A stretch of 61,097 nt of DNA, filler included, from Diploschistes diacapsis (taxonomy: Eukaryota), in NCBI GenBank assembly GCA_023645945.1. It is 4 parts of 4 records of this genome, joined end to end, with 100 filler letters (N's around TTAATTAATTAA, not from the genome) between each part and the next. Parts side by side here need not be neighbours in the genome. Positions count along the whole stretch, not along the records: positions 1 to 15,213 come from JALAIB010000565.1; 3 more parts are not named here. One strand, written 5' to 3'. Shown piece after piece: positions 1-12,486 of the stretch. Position 1 is the first letter of the stretch. Each line of letters begins with the position of its first letter. The notes under the pieces were generated by a model. That model saw only the letters and a program-made list of their open reading frames with translations, did no database searches and was not told the origin of the DNA. Both the position numbers and the translations under genes were made by a program.

Positions 1-164
1 GTTGAGGGTTTATATGGTGCAGGTGAGTCCTTCGTGTGTGCTACTTTGTGGCTCTGTTGCGAATCGTTTGGGGGTGGAGGCTAATGTCTCATTCGTGATT
101 GCAGATGAAGAGCGAGGCGGAGACGGCGTATACGTTTTCTATCGTTGGGAGGCTGAGGTATTAA
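1..164 (+). CDS. 3' end of an unidentified gene truncated by the contig start (…LRVYMVQ|MKSEAETAYTFSIVGRLRY*)
   Basis: Intron 23-104 has GTGAGT donor, GCTAAT branch and GCAG acceptor. Splicing is in frame, with TAA at 162-164. Confidence 0.45.
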
Positions 165-917
165 CATTCATGTTCATATCGAGGCATGGCCGAAGGTCTG
201 GTGGCGCGGACGAACGAAATTCTGGTAGGTTCAATGACAGATAAACCGTAAGGGTATGAAGATAGTCAAGGTCCCCTTTGTCTCTGATCTAGAGCTTCAT
301 ATTCCTTCCTGGCGCTTCGGCGGGAGTTTTCTTCTGGCTTATACTACGCAAGCACGCCTCCGAAAGGGAAACCTTGAGGGGCCTTATGCAGGCGATGGGC
401 GATGGGCCGATAGATGGTGCGTTTTTGTCTCGTCGTTGTTCTATGTACTGAGGAGGGACTGTCTTTTACTAGATGTACATATTCTTGCCAGCATAGCGTT
501 TTCCTGGTCTGTGGGTCTTGGGCTCCGTATTACATGGGAAATGAGCATTGAAGACATTTGGAGTACGACAGATAGATGCTCGTTGGAAAGAGCTTGCATG
601 GCTTTGGGGACATGGGTCTGTTATAGATACACGCATACACTTCTTCCATCCCGAATTCTTTCTAGCTTGTCAGATGTTTTTTTTTGAGAGGGGGGGAACA
701 GGTCATGTAATTACTCTAGAATTTGTGATTCAAATGCCCGCCTATTATACACGAGTATGTGTGTGGTACATGACTCTCCTAAGTTATCCGACAACAGAGC
801 TAGATATCCAATCTCCTTCCCTGTATGTGGTTGACAATATCTTAATATCTCGCCGCCCCGGGGTCTCTGCAGCCAACCAGGTTCCGCACAGATGCTTCGC
901 CCCTGGAGTTACGGGTC

Positions 918-2090
918 TCACATATGCTTCTTCGCGCTCCCGTTTAGGTGCGAGCTCTGCTGCGACTTCCTAATCGCTTGTGCGGTACGGGTCATGGTTT
1001 GCCAGATGAACACTGTGCATCCAAATCAGCACACTGAACCGAAGCAAGCTTATTCAAGCCCAACTCGTCAAGCAAGGCCGAGCCGGCTCTCAAGTACGAC
1101 TAACGGGCGAACACTGAAGTGATAGAAGGAACAGCAAAGCGTGACTTACATCCCGGAATAGCGATCCACCAGAAATTCATGAAGACGTAGTACCCCCAAA
1201 AATAGTATGCCTCGGGCCGCGAATAGGTGATGCCGAAGTGCACCTGGTTGAAGTAGTTGGTCAGGTAGTAGAGCACGTCCCCGTAGCACTGGCCCGTCGA
1301 GACCAGCGCCTGCACGGGAAGGCGGTAGGCGGAGTCGGCCAGGATGAGGTAAGCGGTTAGGAAGCAGAGGGGGCCCCAGGCGAACTTTGTAAAGATGGGA
1401 TGTGTTAGCAGAAGAGGGAGGATTGTGCCGGGTGCGCTGAGTGTACTGGGGGTGCTATTGGAGGAAGGATAGGCTAATGGGGATTGCGGAAAGGAGGACG
1501 GTGCGGGCTGAGAGAGACACAGGAAAAAGGATGGGGATAAGGAGAAACATACGGCAGTGACGGACTCCATGCAGAGAACAAAAGGGTCGCTAGTCAGATA
1601 GCGCGAGTCGGACATGGCGTATTCCTTCCAGAGCTGACCGAAGAAGTCCTGCTGGCCGGCCATGCGGGCGTGGTTTAGGGAGAAGTAGCCTTCGAAGAAA
1701 AGGTGGATCGAGCCGCCTGGTTTGATCGCCAAAGAGGGAAGATATTAGCCGGGCCGACAACAGGTAGCAAGGTCTTTGCATCGACCGAATATCTCGTTCA
1801 ATGGGCAGTTCTTGCGTGGCAAAGTTCTCGCTTTTCCTCGTTTTGTCTATATGTCTTCCAGGTGTTCACTCACTCAGCACAAACCATATGAGCGCCGCCT
1901 GGTCCCATCCTTTCAAGCGCGGATTGTAGGCTCTTGTGGCATAGATTGTCGCGGTGGTGATCACTGCGCAGCCGGCGAAGAACATCACCAATAGCATCGG
2001 CACATTCCAGTCATTTGCGAGGTAGCCGGCGAGATTAATCTCGAGTGGGTAAAAGGGGTGCGGAGGTATTGGGATCTTGGAGGAAGGCAT
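918..2090 (-). CDS. EBP-family sterol delta8-delta7 isomerase (emopamil-binding protein), 4 exons
   Basis: Motifs HPFYP, IHLFFEGYF, GQLWKEYAMSDSRY, CMESVTA, GQCYGDVLYY and YFWGYYVFMN. Last exon read manually (…VFIWQTMTRTAQAIRKSQQSSHLNGSAKKHM*) ends in a KKxx ER-retrieval-like motif. Confidence 0.9.
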
Positions 2091-3089
2091 TGTGGTGGGC
2101 GTGGATGATCGTAGTATGAAAAGCTAGGGAGAGAAGCTTCCAAGATCCAGGCACCTCATACTCCTTCGACCGGTATCGGCATCTTCAAGTTGCCGACCCG
2201 CATTGGCCACATAGTATCTTTACAAACTTCAACTTCAATGTTCTTTATAGAATTTTAGAATGTAGGAGCTAAATTGAAAAGCAGAGCCTCGAAAGCTGAA
2301 TTGTTGCGGTGCCTGGAATGCCATAGTTTACATGATTGACGAGGCCCATGTCCTTCAACGTCATTCGAATTTTGTTACAGTGTCCACATCAGTTTTACCT
2401 CAATTGGGCCTTGCACCAATCCGAAGCGAATTAGCCTGAACCATCCGTCAGAGAGAAGGACGACTATCACTGTCGATAGGCAGGTGTGGCCGCTGCGCCG
2501 ACTCACCGTGTGTACAGCCAGGACACCCGCAAAGATATTCAGCATCCAATCTATCTTCTCTCGTCTTACCACAGTGCACTCGAGAACACACTATCTAGCT
2601 CCTCGAACTCTGAGTGTTGACATCCATTCCGAAGAGTCACCAATCTCATGTGGATACCACAAGCAGTGGAATCCATTGAAAGAGCAGTACCGGTATAATG
2701 GCGAGCCGTTCGATTTTGCTTTTACGGTTACTTACACAACAGCTTCCATCTTTGGATAGCCACCCAGATAAGTCATATTTTACCACTTTCAGAAACTTGA
2801 CCCTACTCAAGGGTCACTTGTTACTTTTTAGCAGTTGAAAGAGCACATGAAAGCCAGAAGTCTAAATCTTTCTTCATCAGCCGTCTGTATGTCTTTAAAC
2901 TTCGTGATCCGCTTTACAGCTCATATACACTCTGCATCATTCCTGAATGGCCGCTATATAGCTGCAAAGCTAAGATTATTGAGGATGGTCAAGACAGCCA
3001 GACTTCATCACCAGGACAGTGTAATGGGCTGTATCAGATTGTTAGTGATTCCTATAACTACCCGTAAGGCATGTGGTTTTGATATTGAC

Positions 3090-3685
3090 CAAGTACTATA
3101 CCAGATAGGCTATTGTGTGGTTGATCAAATAAGATTTCTGGGTATCAGAGCACTAAAGAACGACAAATCTCCTTTCCGGGAGGAGCGCCCTGTACACAAT
3201 GCGGGAACCCAGCTCTACCTGCGGTGCCAGTTGGCTTATAACATCTACCCAACTCGATCTCCTTGGCGAAATCGTCAATAACGTTACGTTCAAGGGGCAA
3301 CTGGTCTGAATCACAAAGTCCTGTTCTCGGGACTCAATACCATATTGCGCTCGGCGAAGCGGGCATCAGATGTAGTTCCATTACTTAGGAAGTCAGAGTC
3401 AGAGTTGGCGTTGATAGCAAGGGTGCCTTTGTGAACATCCTTAATCGAAATATTAGCAAAGCATATAAAAGTCTGGTCACGGACCCGTCCATTTTGCTAT
3501 GGTCCATTCAGTTTCCACGGGTGCATTAGCAACAGCAACAGATGAAGTAATCGGGCTTGTGCAAATCTGAAACAGATTTTGGTAGCGACTTAGTCTCTCA
3601 AGGCACTTGCGTACCGGCTTTGGTAGGACGCAGAGAAGGGCAACTAATGCGTGCCAGAGACCACTTGAGGGAGTACCTTGCGCAT
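3090..3685 (-). pseudogene. Degenerate tandem paralog of the secreted protein at 4251-5109
   Basis: Remnant exons ICTSPITSSVAVANAPVETEWTIAKWTGP and DVHKGTLAINANSDSDFLSNGTTSDARFAERNM align with exons 2 and 3 of the neighbour. Exon 1 is frameshifted and there are in-frame stops. Left boundary approximate. Confidence 0.7.
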
Positions 3686-4250
3686 TATAAGTCTTGGTCA
3701 ACTTTCACGCGTTATGCTTAGAAATGTAGGGATTTCTTCAGTATGACCAAGAATAGTAGGGAAGAGAAAGAGCAAGGGACAGAAAAACTTTATGTTATCG
3801 TTGTCGAGTTAACGCTTATGCGGCGTCAAGTATCTTTCAAACATGAGACTCATCTGCCTGAACAGTTTATAGCTTGGAGGATCAGTTGAATTCTAACAGG
3901 CCAGAGCTGTTAGTAGTCAAGCTTTGCGGTGAAAGATGACTCGACTATCTGGGGTGGTATCTGGTTTGGTGTCCGCCTTTGTAAGATGCATTAGAAATTG
4001 GGGTTTGTGAAAGATGTACCAAGCATAGGCGAAGTCTAGTGCCACACCTGATTAGCAGAGAGCAAGCAATGCCTTGCTTTGAAATAGCTTACTGGTATAG
4101 CGTCAGTTGAGCGGTTGCACATAAGCATATCGAGGCAAGCACTCCATTCTATTGACTTTTCACGCTATTTTCTACACTAACAGATCCTCTTCCCCAAGAC
4201 ATCTGATTCCAAAGTGCAAGCTGACCCAAATCCACCTAGCAGTACTCCGG

Positions 4251-5109
4251 CTAGCAGGCAGATCCGCTGGTCACGAAAACATGGTACTCATCACTATCGA
4301 ACTGCTGCCCGTTGACCTTGTAGTTGTTGATGCATGCCTGGATGATGTTTTCCATGTAGTCCGCAATGTAGCCGGCTGCAGGTTCAATAGTCGTGGGTGC
4401 CTGATTGAAGTAAGGTCGGTCTCCGCAAGAGCATCGTTAGGGGGAGTTGCAAATACTTACGTCGTTGCACAGCCACCAGGTAGCTAGGTAGCTGCACGTG
4501 AAGATAGTACATGAGCTGGTTGATGAGCTTGCAGGAGATCCCGGAACCGACAGACGAAAGGAGCCCAGTGTCTTGGTGGCCTGGGCGAACTGGGCAGCGG
4601 TAAAGGCATCTGCCTCTCCGCCTTGGATATTGCAAATCACGGGCCACTCCTAAGCTTGGATCAACTGGTATATCTCCTCCGTGTCGTTGAAATGCCAACG
4701 TACCATATTGCGCTCCACGAGCTTCGTGGTGGCTACAGTGCTGTGCACCGTAGCAAAGTCATTATGGTAGCTAGGATTGAGCGCAAGAATCTGGTCGTGG
4801 ACATCCTGGGTACGTCAGATGGAGCAGTTCAGACATCTTGAAGAACCCACGCTTGCATTTCCATTAAAGGTCATGTCAGGTCCGTTAGGAACGACAGGCC
4901 CAATCCACTTGGTCGGCACCCTATTGACGTTGGTGTTGATGGGAAGACTGGGGACACGCGCAGCCAAGGGACTTGCGTTGGCCTGGACCGAGGATCAGTG
5001 TTGGATAAGCGTTTACTGTTTATTGGGCTTTACTTACCCCTGTGGACAAGCCGCACAGAGCGGCAAAGGGTGCCATTAGTGAAATCTTGAGGAACAGTAC
5101 GATCTTCAT
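4251..5109 (-). CDS. Small secreted cysteine-rich protein, about 214 aa, 5 exons (5109-5038, 4982-4851, 4805-4704, 4649-4461, 4400-4251)
   Basis: Four canonical phase-0 GT-AG introns give a continuous ORF: hydrophobic N-terminus MKIVLFLKISLMAPFAALCGLSTG, pro-region ending LVER, and a mature domain with 6 Cys (…CTIFTCSYLATWWLCND…GQQF…YHVFVTSGSAC*). Confidence 0.85.
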
Positions 5110-5853
5110 GCTGACAAGCTGTCAAAATTTCTCCGGTATGTCGTGTAGGATGAGTAATTTATAGGAAAAGGAAGAAGATGGAAAGAGAACTTGGATATGT
5201 CCACATATGTGGGCACTACATGGTTCGAAGGCTCACAATTTCCCGAACAACGTGTTTGACATAGAATGTTGAGTCCTTGCACAGTCATAGCCTACAGAAG
5301 CGCTTGCGAAGGACTCTTGTCCAACGCCATTGACTCTGCATACGTACACTGGGGAATTCCGAACTCCTTGGTGAATACCCACACTGAGAATGTTGATACC
5401 AGCATTCTGAACTGGGAGTCTATTGCATTAGGTGGACAGTCGGCTTCCATAGGTTCGCAAGTTCATCGGAGGATTCGAGCGTCATCAGCTGCTTGCCTTT
5501 TAAGGAAATTGTTGGGTCACCATAAGCTCAATTCGGCTGACTGCATACAGTATAAAATCTTAATCCAATAGAGCAAAACCTCAGGTCTGCAAGGCAATCA
5601 TTGTCACGTGATATAGTAAGGGCTTCGTAACGTGGACACTAGTCTTTTTTGGTGCTAGTTAGAATTGAGCAGCGTGAATTCACGATGACGTCCTGGCATC
5701 TTCTAGTATATTCCGCGACAGCTCCCCCAACTTTTTGTTATCCTATTTATTTGTTCATGCGGAGGTTAATCTAATGTTCTGTTCTCTTGTACTTATCCTC
5801 CAAGCTCGTGATTCTGTAAATAATTGATTTCCCTCTGGCAGGTTTCAGGCAAG

Positions 5854-8631
5854 ATGGGTTCCTCAGAAAGACAATACACAGATCGTGCCCAAAAGGCACT
5901 CCAAGCTACCTATGACATTGCCTCACAATACTCACACTCCCAGATCCTCCCAGTTCATCTCGCTGTTACCCTACTCGATCCTCCTGTCGATCAGTCCAAG
6001 GACCAGCAAGTGACCATGAATGCCACGCAGGCACACGCTTCTGCTCCGCTCTTTAAACAGGTTGTTGAAAGGGCACATGGAGATCTTCAAGCGCTAGATA
6101 GAGCACTTAAGAAAGCATTGGTGCGGTTACCAAGTCAAGATCCTCCCCCGGAACATGTCAGCATGGCACCCTCATTTGCGAAGGTTATGAGATCTGCACA
6201 CGATCTACAAAAGACGCAGAAAGATAGCTTCATTGCCATAGACCATATGATTAGTGCATTGGTCCAGGACGAGTCGATCAAAAGGTATCTAGGAGAAGCG
6301 AACGTACCGAACACGAAATTGATCGACGATGCCATTCAACAAATCAGGGGGACTCGACGGGTCGATTCCAAAACGGCAGACTCAGAAGAGGAGAACGAAA
6401 ATCTAAATAAATTTACAATTGACATGACAGTGATGGCTAGAGAAGGAAAGATTGATCCTGTCATTGGGCGAGAAGAAGAAATACGGAGAGTCGTACGGAT
6501 TCTTTCAAGAAGAACCAAGAACAACCCGGTTCTGATTGGTGAGCCAGGTGTGGGAAAGACTACCGTTGTGGAAGGATTGGCTCTCCGCATCGTCAACGCA
6601 GATGTTCCAGCAAACTTAGCTGCTTGCAGGCTTCTATCCTTGGACATTGGCGCGCTCGTTGCTGGAAGCAAGTATCGTGGTGAATTCGAAGAGAGAATGA
6701 AAGGCGTCTTGAAAGAGATAGAGCAGTCGAAAGAAATGATTGTCCTTTTCGCAGACGAAATCCATCTACTCATGGGGGCCGGATCAAGCGGCGAAGGTGG
6801 CATGGATGCAGCCAATCTCTTGAAACCCATGCTTGCACGTGGTCAATTACACTGCATTGGCGCTACGACACTTAGTGAGTATCGAAAATACATCGAAAAG
6901 GATGCAGCATTCGAAAGAAGGTTTCAACAAGTTTTAGTCAAGGAGCCCTCCATACCAGAGACGATATCAATTCTCCGTGGGTTGAAAGAGAGGTACGAGG
7001 TGCATCACGGTGTCACTATTCTTGATGGTGCCATCGTCGCCGCCGCAACTCTTGCAGCCCGGTATTTGACCGCCAGGCGGTTACCAGACTCGGCTGTCGA
7101 CCTTATCGATGAAGCAGCAGCTGCTGTTCGAGTCACCCGCGAATCACAGCCCGAAATCCTTGACAACCTCGAGCGGAGGCTGCGGCAACTCCAGATTGAG
7201 ATACATGCTCTAGAGCGAGAGAAGGACGAAGCCGCCCGCGCTAGGCTTGTGCAAGCCCAATCAGAAGCAGCCAATTGCCGAGAGGAACTTGGCCCACTAC
7301 GAGAGGTTTACGAGCGCGAAAAGTACCGCAGCAAGGAGATCCAAGAGCTCAGGATGAAGCTCGATGCCCTGAACATCAAAGTGCAGGAAGCTGAACGAAG
7401 CAACGATTTCGCCACCGCCTCGGACTTGACCTACTACGCAATCCCTGATGTCAAGCAGCGCATCGATGCACTCGAACATGAGCGTAGGCGGGCTGACCTC
7501 CGGCGCGGCTCCGATGCAATGGGTGCCCCACTAACAACCGACTCTGTCGGCCCAGACCAGATCAACGATATCGTTGCCCGATGGACAGGCATCCCTGTCG
7601 CACGCCTTAAGACCTCCGAAAAGGACAAACTGCTACAGATGGAGAAATACCTCAGCAAGATCGTCGTTGGGCAGAAGGAAGCTGTCACCAGCGTTGCAAA
7701 CGCTATCCGTCTTCAGCGCTCGGGGTTGAGCAATCCCAACCAACCTCCCTCTTTCCTGTTCTGCGGGCCCTCAGGAACGGGAAAGACTCTTTTAACAAAG
7801 GCCTTGGCGGAATTCCTCTTCGATGACGCAAAGAGCATGATTCGCTTTGACATGTCCGAGTACCAAGAGCGGCACGCCTTGTCACGCATGATTGGCGCGC
7901 CACCCGGATACGTAGGGCACGACGCTGGCGGACAACTTACCGAAGCCCTTCGTCGGCGGCCCTTCAGCATCCTCCTCTTTGACGAAGTTGAGAAGGCAGC
8001 AAAGGAGGTTCTTACCGTGCTCCTACAGCTCATGGACGACGGGCGCATAACAGACGGCCAAGGCCGTGTCGTCGACGCAAGCAACTGCATCGTCGTCATG
8101 ACCTCCAACCTAGGCGCCGAGTACCTCACCCGCCCCGGCGTGTCGGAAGGCAGGATCGACAGCACGACACGCGAGATGGTCATGAACGCACTGCGCTCCT
8201 ACTTCCTGCCCGAATTCCTCAACCGGATCAACAGCATCGTCATCTACAACCGGCTCACGCCCGCGGGGATCCGCAAGATCGTCGATGTTAGGCTCGAGGA
8301 GATTCAGAAGAGACTCAACGCCAACGACCGCAAGGTGTTCATCGACTGCTCGGAGGAGGTCAAAGATTACCTAGGTTCAGCCGGGTATAGCCCTGCGTAC
8401 GGAGCAAGGCCGCTAGCCAGGCTGATCGAGAAAGAGGTTCTGAATAGGCTGGCGGTGCTTATTCTGAGGGGTGCGGTGAAGGATGGGGAGACAGCGAGGG
8501 TGGAGCTGGTGGATGGTAGGATCACGGTGCTAGCAAATCATGAGGAGGGGAGCGAGGGCAGCGAGATGGATGAGGATGAGGAGTTGGGGGAGATTGTGGA
8601 TCCGAAGGAGTCGATGGATCTTTATGAGTAA
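5854..8631 (+). CDS. HSP104: Hsp104/ClpB AAA+ disaggregase
   Basis: Intronless ORF. Clp N-domain, Walker A motifs GEPGVGKT and GPSGTGKT, KYRGEFEER, RFDMSEYQERH, acidic C-terminal tail. ATG at 5854. Confidence 0.97.
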   Translation: MGSSERQYTDRAQKALQATYDIASQYSHSQILPVHLAVTLLDPPVDQSKDQQVTMNATQAHASAPLFKQVVERAHGDLQALDRALKKALVRLPSQDPPPEHVSMAPSFAKVMRSAHDLQKTQKDSFIAIDHMISALVQDESIKRYLGEANVPNTKLIDDAIQQIRGTRRVDSKTADSEEENENLNKFTIDMTVMAREGKIDPVIGREEEIRRVVRILSRRTKNNPVLIGEPGVGKTTVVEGLALRIVNADVPANLAACRLLSLDIGALVAGSKYRGEFEERMKGVLKEIEQSKEMIVLFADEIHLLMGAGSSGEGGMDAANLLKPMLARGQLHCIGATTLSEYRKYIEKDAAFERRFQQVLVKEPSIPETISILRGLKERYEVHHGVTILDGAIVAAATLAARYLTARRLPDSAVDLIDEAAAAVRVTRESQPEILDNLERRLRQLQIEIHALEREKDEAARARLVQAQSEAANCREELGPLREVYEREKYRSKEIQELRMKLDALNIKVQEAERSNDFATASDLTYYAIPDVKQRIDALEHERRRADLRRGSDAMGAPLTTDSVGPDQINDIVARWTGIPVARLKTSEKDKLLQMEKYLSKIVVGQKEAVTSVANAIRLQRSGLSNPNQPPSFLFCGPSGTGKTLLTKALAEFLFDDAKSMIRFDMSEYQERHALSRMIGAPPGYVGHDAGGQLTEALRRRPFSILLFDEVEKAAKEVLTVLLQLMDDGRITDGQGRVVDASNCIVVMTSNLGAEYLTRPGVSEGRIDSTTREMVMNALRSYFLPEFLNRINSIVIYNRLTPAGIRKIVDVRLEEIQKRLNANDRKVFIDCSEEVKDYLGSAGYSPAYGARPLARLIEKEVLNRLAVLILRGAVKDGETARVELVDGRITVLANHEEGSEGSEMDEDEELGEIVDPKESMDLYE

Positions 8632-9992
8632 GAACGTTGGTGAATAGGCTCTCTATGAATAGAGTGAATGCCTGGAGGAGAGGATCACAGACGAAGACAT
8701 GAATAAATCGATACTTGATGAAAAGGAGACGTGCAAGCGAGCGAGCATATGCGTTGGTGTCTGCGCCATTGTCCGGTTGAGAGGCGCTGTTCATGGCGTT
8801 TTTTCAGTGGTTTAAGCTATGGAACTTGCAACTTGCAGGGAGGGAGAGGGACATACATGGCGACACGGAGGGTAGAGAATAGTTTGATCCCGATGCTAAT
8901 GAACCCATTCTGTGTCTATGGTAGTAGTTAGTTCGAAGTGCAGCGGGAGAGAATATACTTACGGAGGAGAGAAGGCACAATGCATACATGTACATACGCG
9001 CGTCGAAGTTCCATGTCAAGTTCCATGTCAATCTCCCAACCGATTTTGCAAAATCCCTTCAAGTTCCAGAATTACTGCCCATTATCGGGGGAAATCCATC
9101 AGCCGCTATTTACATTGCTCATTCTCGACAGAAGTTGTATCCGGTTGCGCGCCACCGTCTTCTGCGCCGTATCCCATATCGCCCTCGAAACAGACCACGT
9201 GCAATACGAATTAGTTATCATTGCGAACCATCCCGTCGCCGCGGAATGCTCCTGCGCTTGGCTGGCTACCTTCTGCGGGCTGGGGAAGGGAGGGTGCGCA
9301 AGGAGTTCGTAGATGGCTGCGTTTAGAACGAATTCGAATTACAAATGGGACAAGGGGAAAGACATGGCTGTTTATTGGAGGGTGGGGGAAGGGGGAGAGG
9401 ATACTGATGTCGGAAGCAAGCTCAACGGGGGTTGTGAAACTTCGGGACTGCTTTCACATACGCCATACATGCAAAGTTTTGTCATGGGCTCGGAAAGGGG
9501 CTCCATGAGGCAGCTGGTATTGGGCTTTGAGGTGGAAGATGTCGTCTGTAAGCTACCTACTGTAAATTAAGCTGTGGCTAGGAATAACTATCCGCGCTGT
9601 GACTTTGCCCTTGAGCAATGATATTGAAGCTCGTTCCATAAGTCGTCTTTGTTGTGTAGGTGGGTGGGGTAGTAGCGCTATCCTTTTGCCCTCGTGATGG
9701 GGAAAAACACATAGATGGCGGGAAAATCGGAAGTATCCTGCAGTTCCCTAGATTCCGTGTGAGTGGGACTGGGATAATCGGTGCGATGGATGAGCAGTAG
9801 ACTGGATGAGATAGCGAAGATATGCCTGCCGTACACAGTTCGTTCCGGTTGGCGTAGATGAGTTGCGTAAGTAGATAGTAAAAGCGCTTGAGGTAACAAC
9901 CTCTGCCAACTCCGTCGTTCGTTCGTAGTCTGCGCATTTTCTCTCATGGATCATCGCGGCACTGCCATGAGATGCTGGCTTTCTTCTGTGTC

Positions 9993-12486
9993 TCAGATTG
10001 CGAAGACGCCGTCGGTTACACCAAGCATGATAGGCTTCCACCAGCTCCCCTCGTCCCTACCCACCTCCTGCGAAGCGCTCAACAACCCCCTATTGGCCAG
10101 TGCCAGCACGTGCAGGAACGCCTGTGCCGCCACAACCTTCGAATGCTGTTCCGTAGGCAACAGGTGTTCGAAACTAACCTGCACATCGTGTGCTTCTCCT
10201 CTTCCTTCTTCTGCTCCCTCCTCCTCCTCCTCCTCCTCCTCTCCTACTCCGCCCTCGACCTCGCCCATGCGTTGCTTCTTCACCTCAACAGCCTCCCTCA
10301 CGAAATTCAAGAAGTTCCCACTCTCCCTGTCTATCGAGGCGGTCGTTGCCTGGCTTTCTCTTTGCGCTGCCGTCACCAAAGGCTCTCCAGCTTCGGCCGT
10401 GGGGCCAAACAGCTGGAAATCTCTCAGCGCGCTGTCTTCCTCCGCTTCCTCGGGGCCACCGCTGGGTAGGCCGAGGAGCATGCCCGTGTCCCCTACGCCG
10501 CCAGCCGACGATGACCCTCCAACGTTTAAAACCTCGGATGCAACAGACCCATGCCGCCCGACGTGGGGAGAAGCACTGTGCAAGCGCGAAGCGCGGCGGT
10601 CAAAGGATGTCACCGAGGGTGCAATACCGGCGGGAGTAGTGATGCTCGGCGCGCGATGGGCGGATGTGATGGATCCCTGTCGTGAGGGGCGAGCGGAAGC
10701 GTAGGAGGGGGCGCGAGAGGAGATGTTCCAGGGCATCTGGCTTGAGTGTGGGTCCGAGAGGAGGGGTAGGGCTTCGCGAGCGAGCTCGATGCTTGCGTCT
10801 GCATCGATGGGAGGGAAAATAGCATCGTCTCCGACCTGAGGTTCACCGCGACCGAGTTCTGGGCCGGTTTCGGCATCGTTAAGGCGCTTGCGGCGAGTTT
10901 CCGATTCAGTGGTCTCGTCAGATGAGGGACTGCGTGAATGGCGCTTGCGGGATGTCGGTGTTGCTGCGTCACCGTCGACTATGGATGGGAAGAACGTTCG
11001 ATACAGTGCTTGGCCAGAGAAGAGGCCGGCGAGTGGATGTGGTAAGCCTGAGGGTCCGATGCCGCTGCCGATGCCGCCAAGGCCAGAGCCGAAGACAAAG
11101 TGCGCGGCATTCCTTTTGGATTGGGCAACGGCTCTTTTCATGGCTTTCTGCCGCCGGGCTTCGGCCATTGCTTCGACGTACTCGTCATTCCAGCGTTGAA
11201 GATCTGAGTTCCTGATCTGTAGGGTGATATCGACAGGCAGGGCGCGTCGGCCACGCGGTCTTCGAGTTTGAGGGGCATCAATGTACTCCGAGGACGTCTC
11301 TTGTGTCACCTGCGATGGCTCTCCCTGCATGTCTTCCTCTCCTTCTAGAAATGGCTCCGCAGGCGACAGTTCTGTTTGATCATCTTGAAGAAGGGGTTGA
11401 TCGAGGTCCATTGCTCCCTCAAGCTGGATGGAATTTGGCTCAGAATGATTCATATTGAACCGTCGACTTGACTTACTAGTTGCTGTGATGCTCCAAACCC
11501 TTCTGCGTGCTCCATTATCATACGTTCCCTCACTTCAGAACCGGTACGAGATCTCATTGGCGCATTCGCTACATGTACACTCGGCGTGTGCGGAGCTCCG
11601 AAGTCGATAATATTCCCCTCCTCATCGAAATTGAAGTCAACATCTGGTAAGAACCCTGCCTCTTCACTTTGCATTGTGAAGCGGCGTTCCATCTCAGCAG
11701 ACGTAGGCATAGGCTCTGGAATTTCAAAACCACCGAAGCCGGCGCCGCCGGAGCCTGAGCTTGGTACGTCAATTTCTGGCAGAGGCGCAATACCCAGGCT
11801 GGAGCGACTTGACTGTTGCGAAGCTCCGGAGAGTAGACTACTTGTACGCAAAGAAGTCTGGGAGCTTTCGAGGATTGAGAAATCCAGGTCCATCATCGGG
11901 TAAATGTCATCAGGCATGAACGCTGGATCATCCTGCAGAACGAGCTGCTCTGGCCTAGGCGAATGTCAGCAATTGAATCCACAGCCACATTATGAGCTCG
12001 TACCTAGCTTTTCCAGCATTTGGGTCTAACTCAGAAGTCCGGACAACTCTCGTTAGAGCTTTCAAATTGGATTGAGCAGCTTGTACGTCGACTAGTGTAT
12101 AGGTGCATTGCTGGAAGTATATGCGTGAGATACCGTACCTTTTTGATTCCTTTGTCAGTACGGTTACAACTCCAGATTTAGCATCCCTTACAATAGGTTG
12201 CTTTGAAGACGAAGGGCCATGGGCGCATCTGGATTCGATACTGTCTGACATGCTTTCGGAATATCAACATCAAGTATGGCTTTTCGGTTGATCTTCTTGA
12301 GATTGGATTTAGAGCCCAACGTTGCAACAAGCCTTGGTAGCTGCATCAGTGGCTACCTCGAGAACGCAATTCCCTGTTCTGACTCACCAGACAGTGGCTA
12401 CGCCGTACTTGCGTGAGGTCAAGACTAGGAGTGTGAGATATACCGCAATATCATGGAAACAGCTTACCTTCATGGCTGTAGAACAT
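9993..12486 (-). CDS. REC8: Rad21/Rec8 kleisin, most similar to meiotic Rec8, multi-exon
   Basis: Spliced N-terminus MFYSHE|VLTSRKYGVATVW|LVATLGSK…PMALRLQSNLL|YGISRIY. C-terminal winged-helix motif VAAQAFLHVLALA. Confidence 0.85.

Noticed and set aside
5700..5715. Heat-shock element upstream of HSP104 (TTCtaGTAtaTTC)
   Set aside because: The central GAA unit is mismatched. Plausible but too weak to call.
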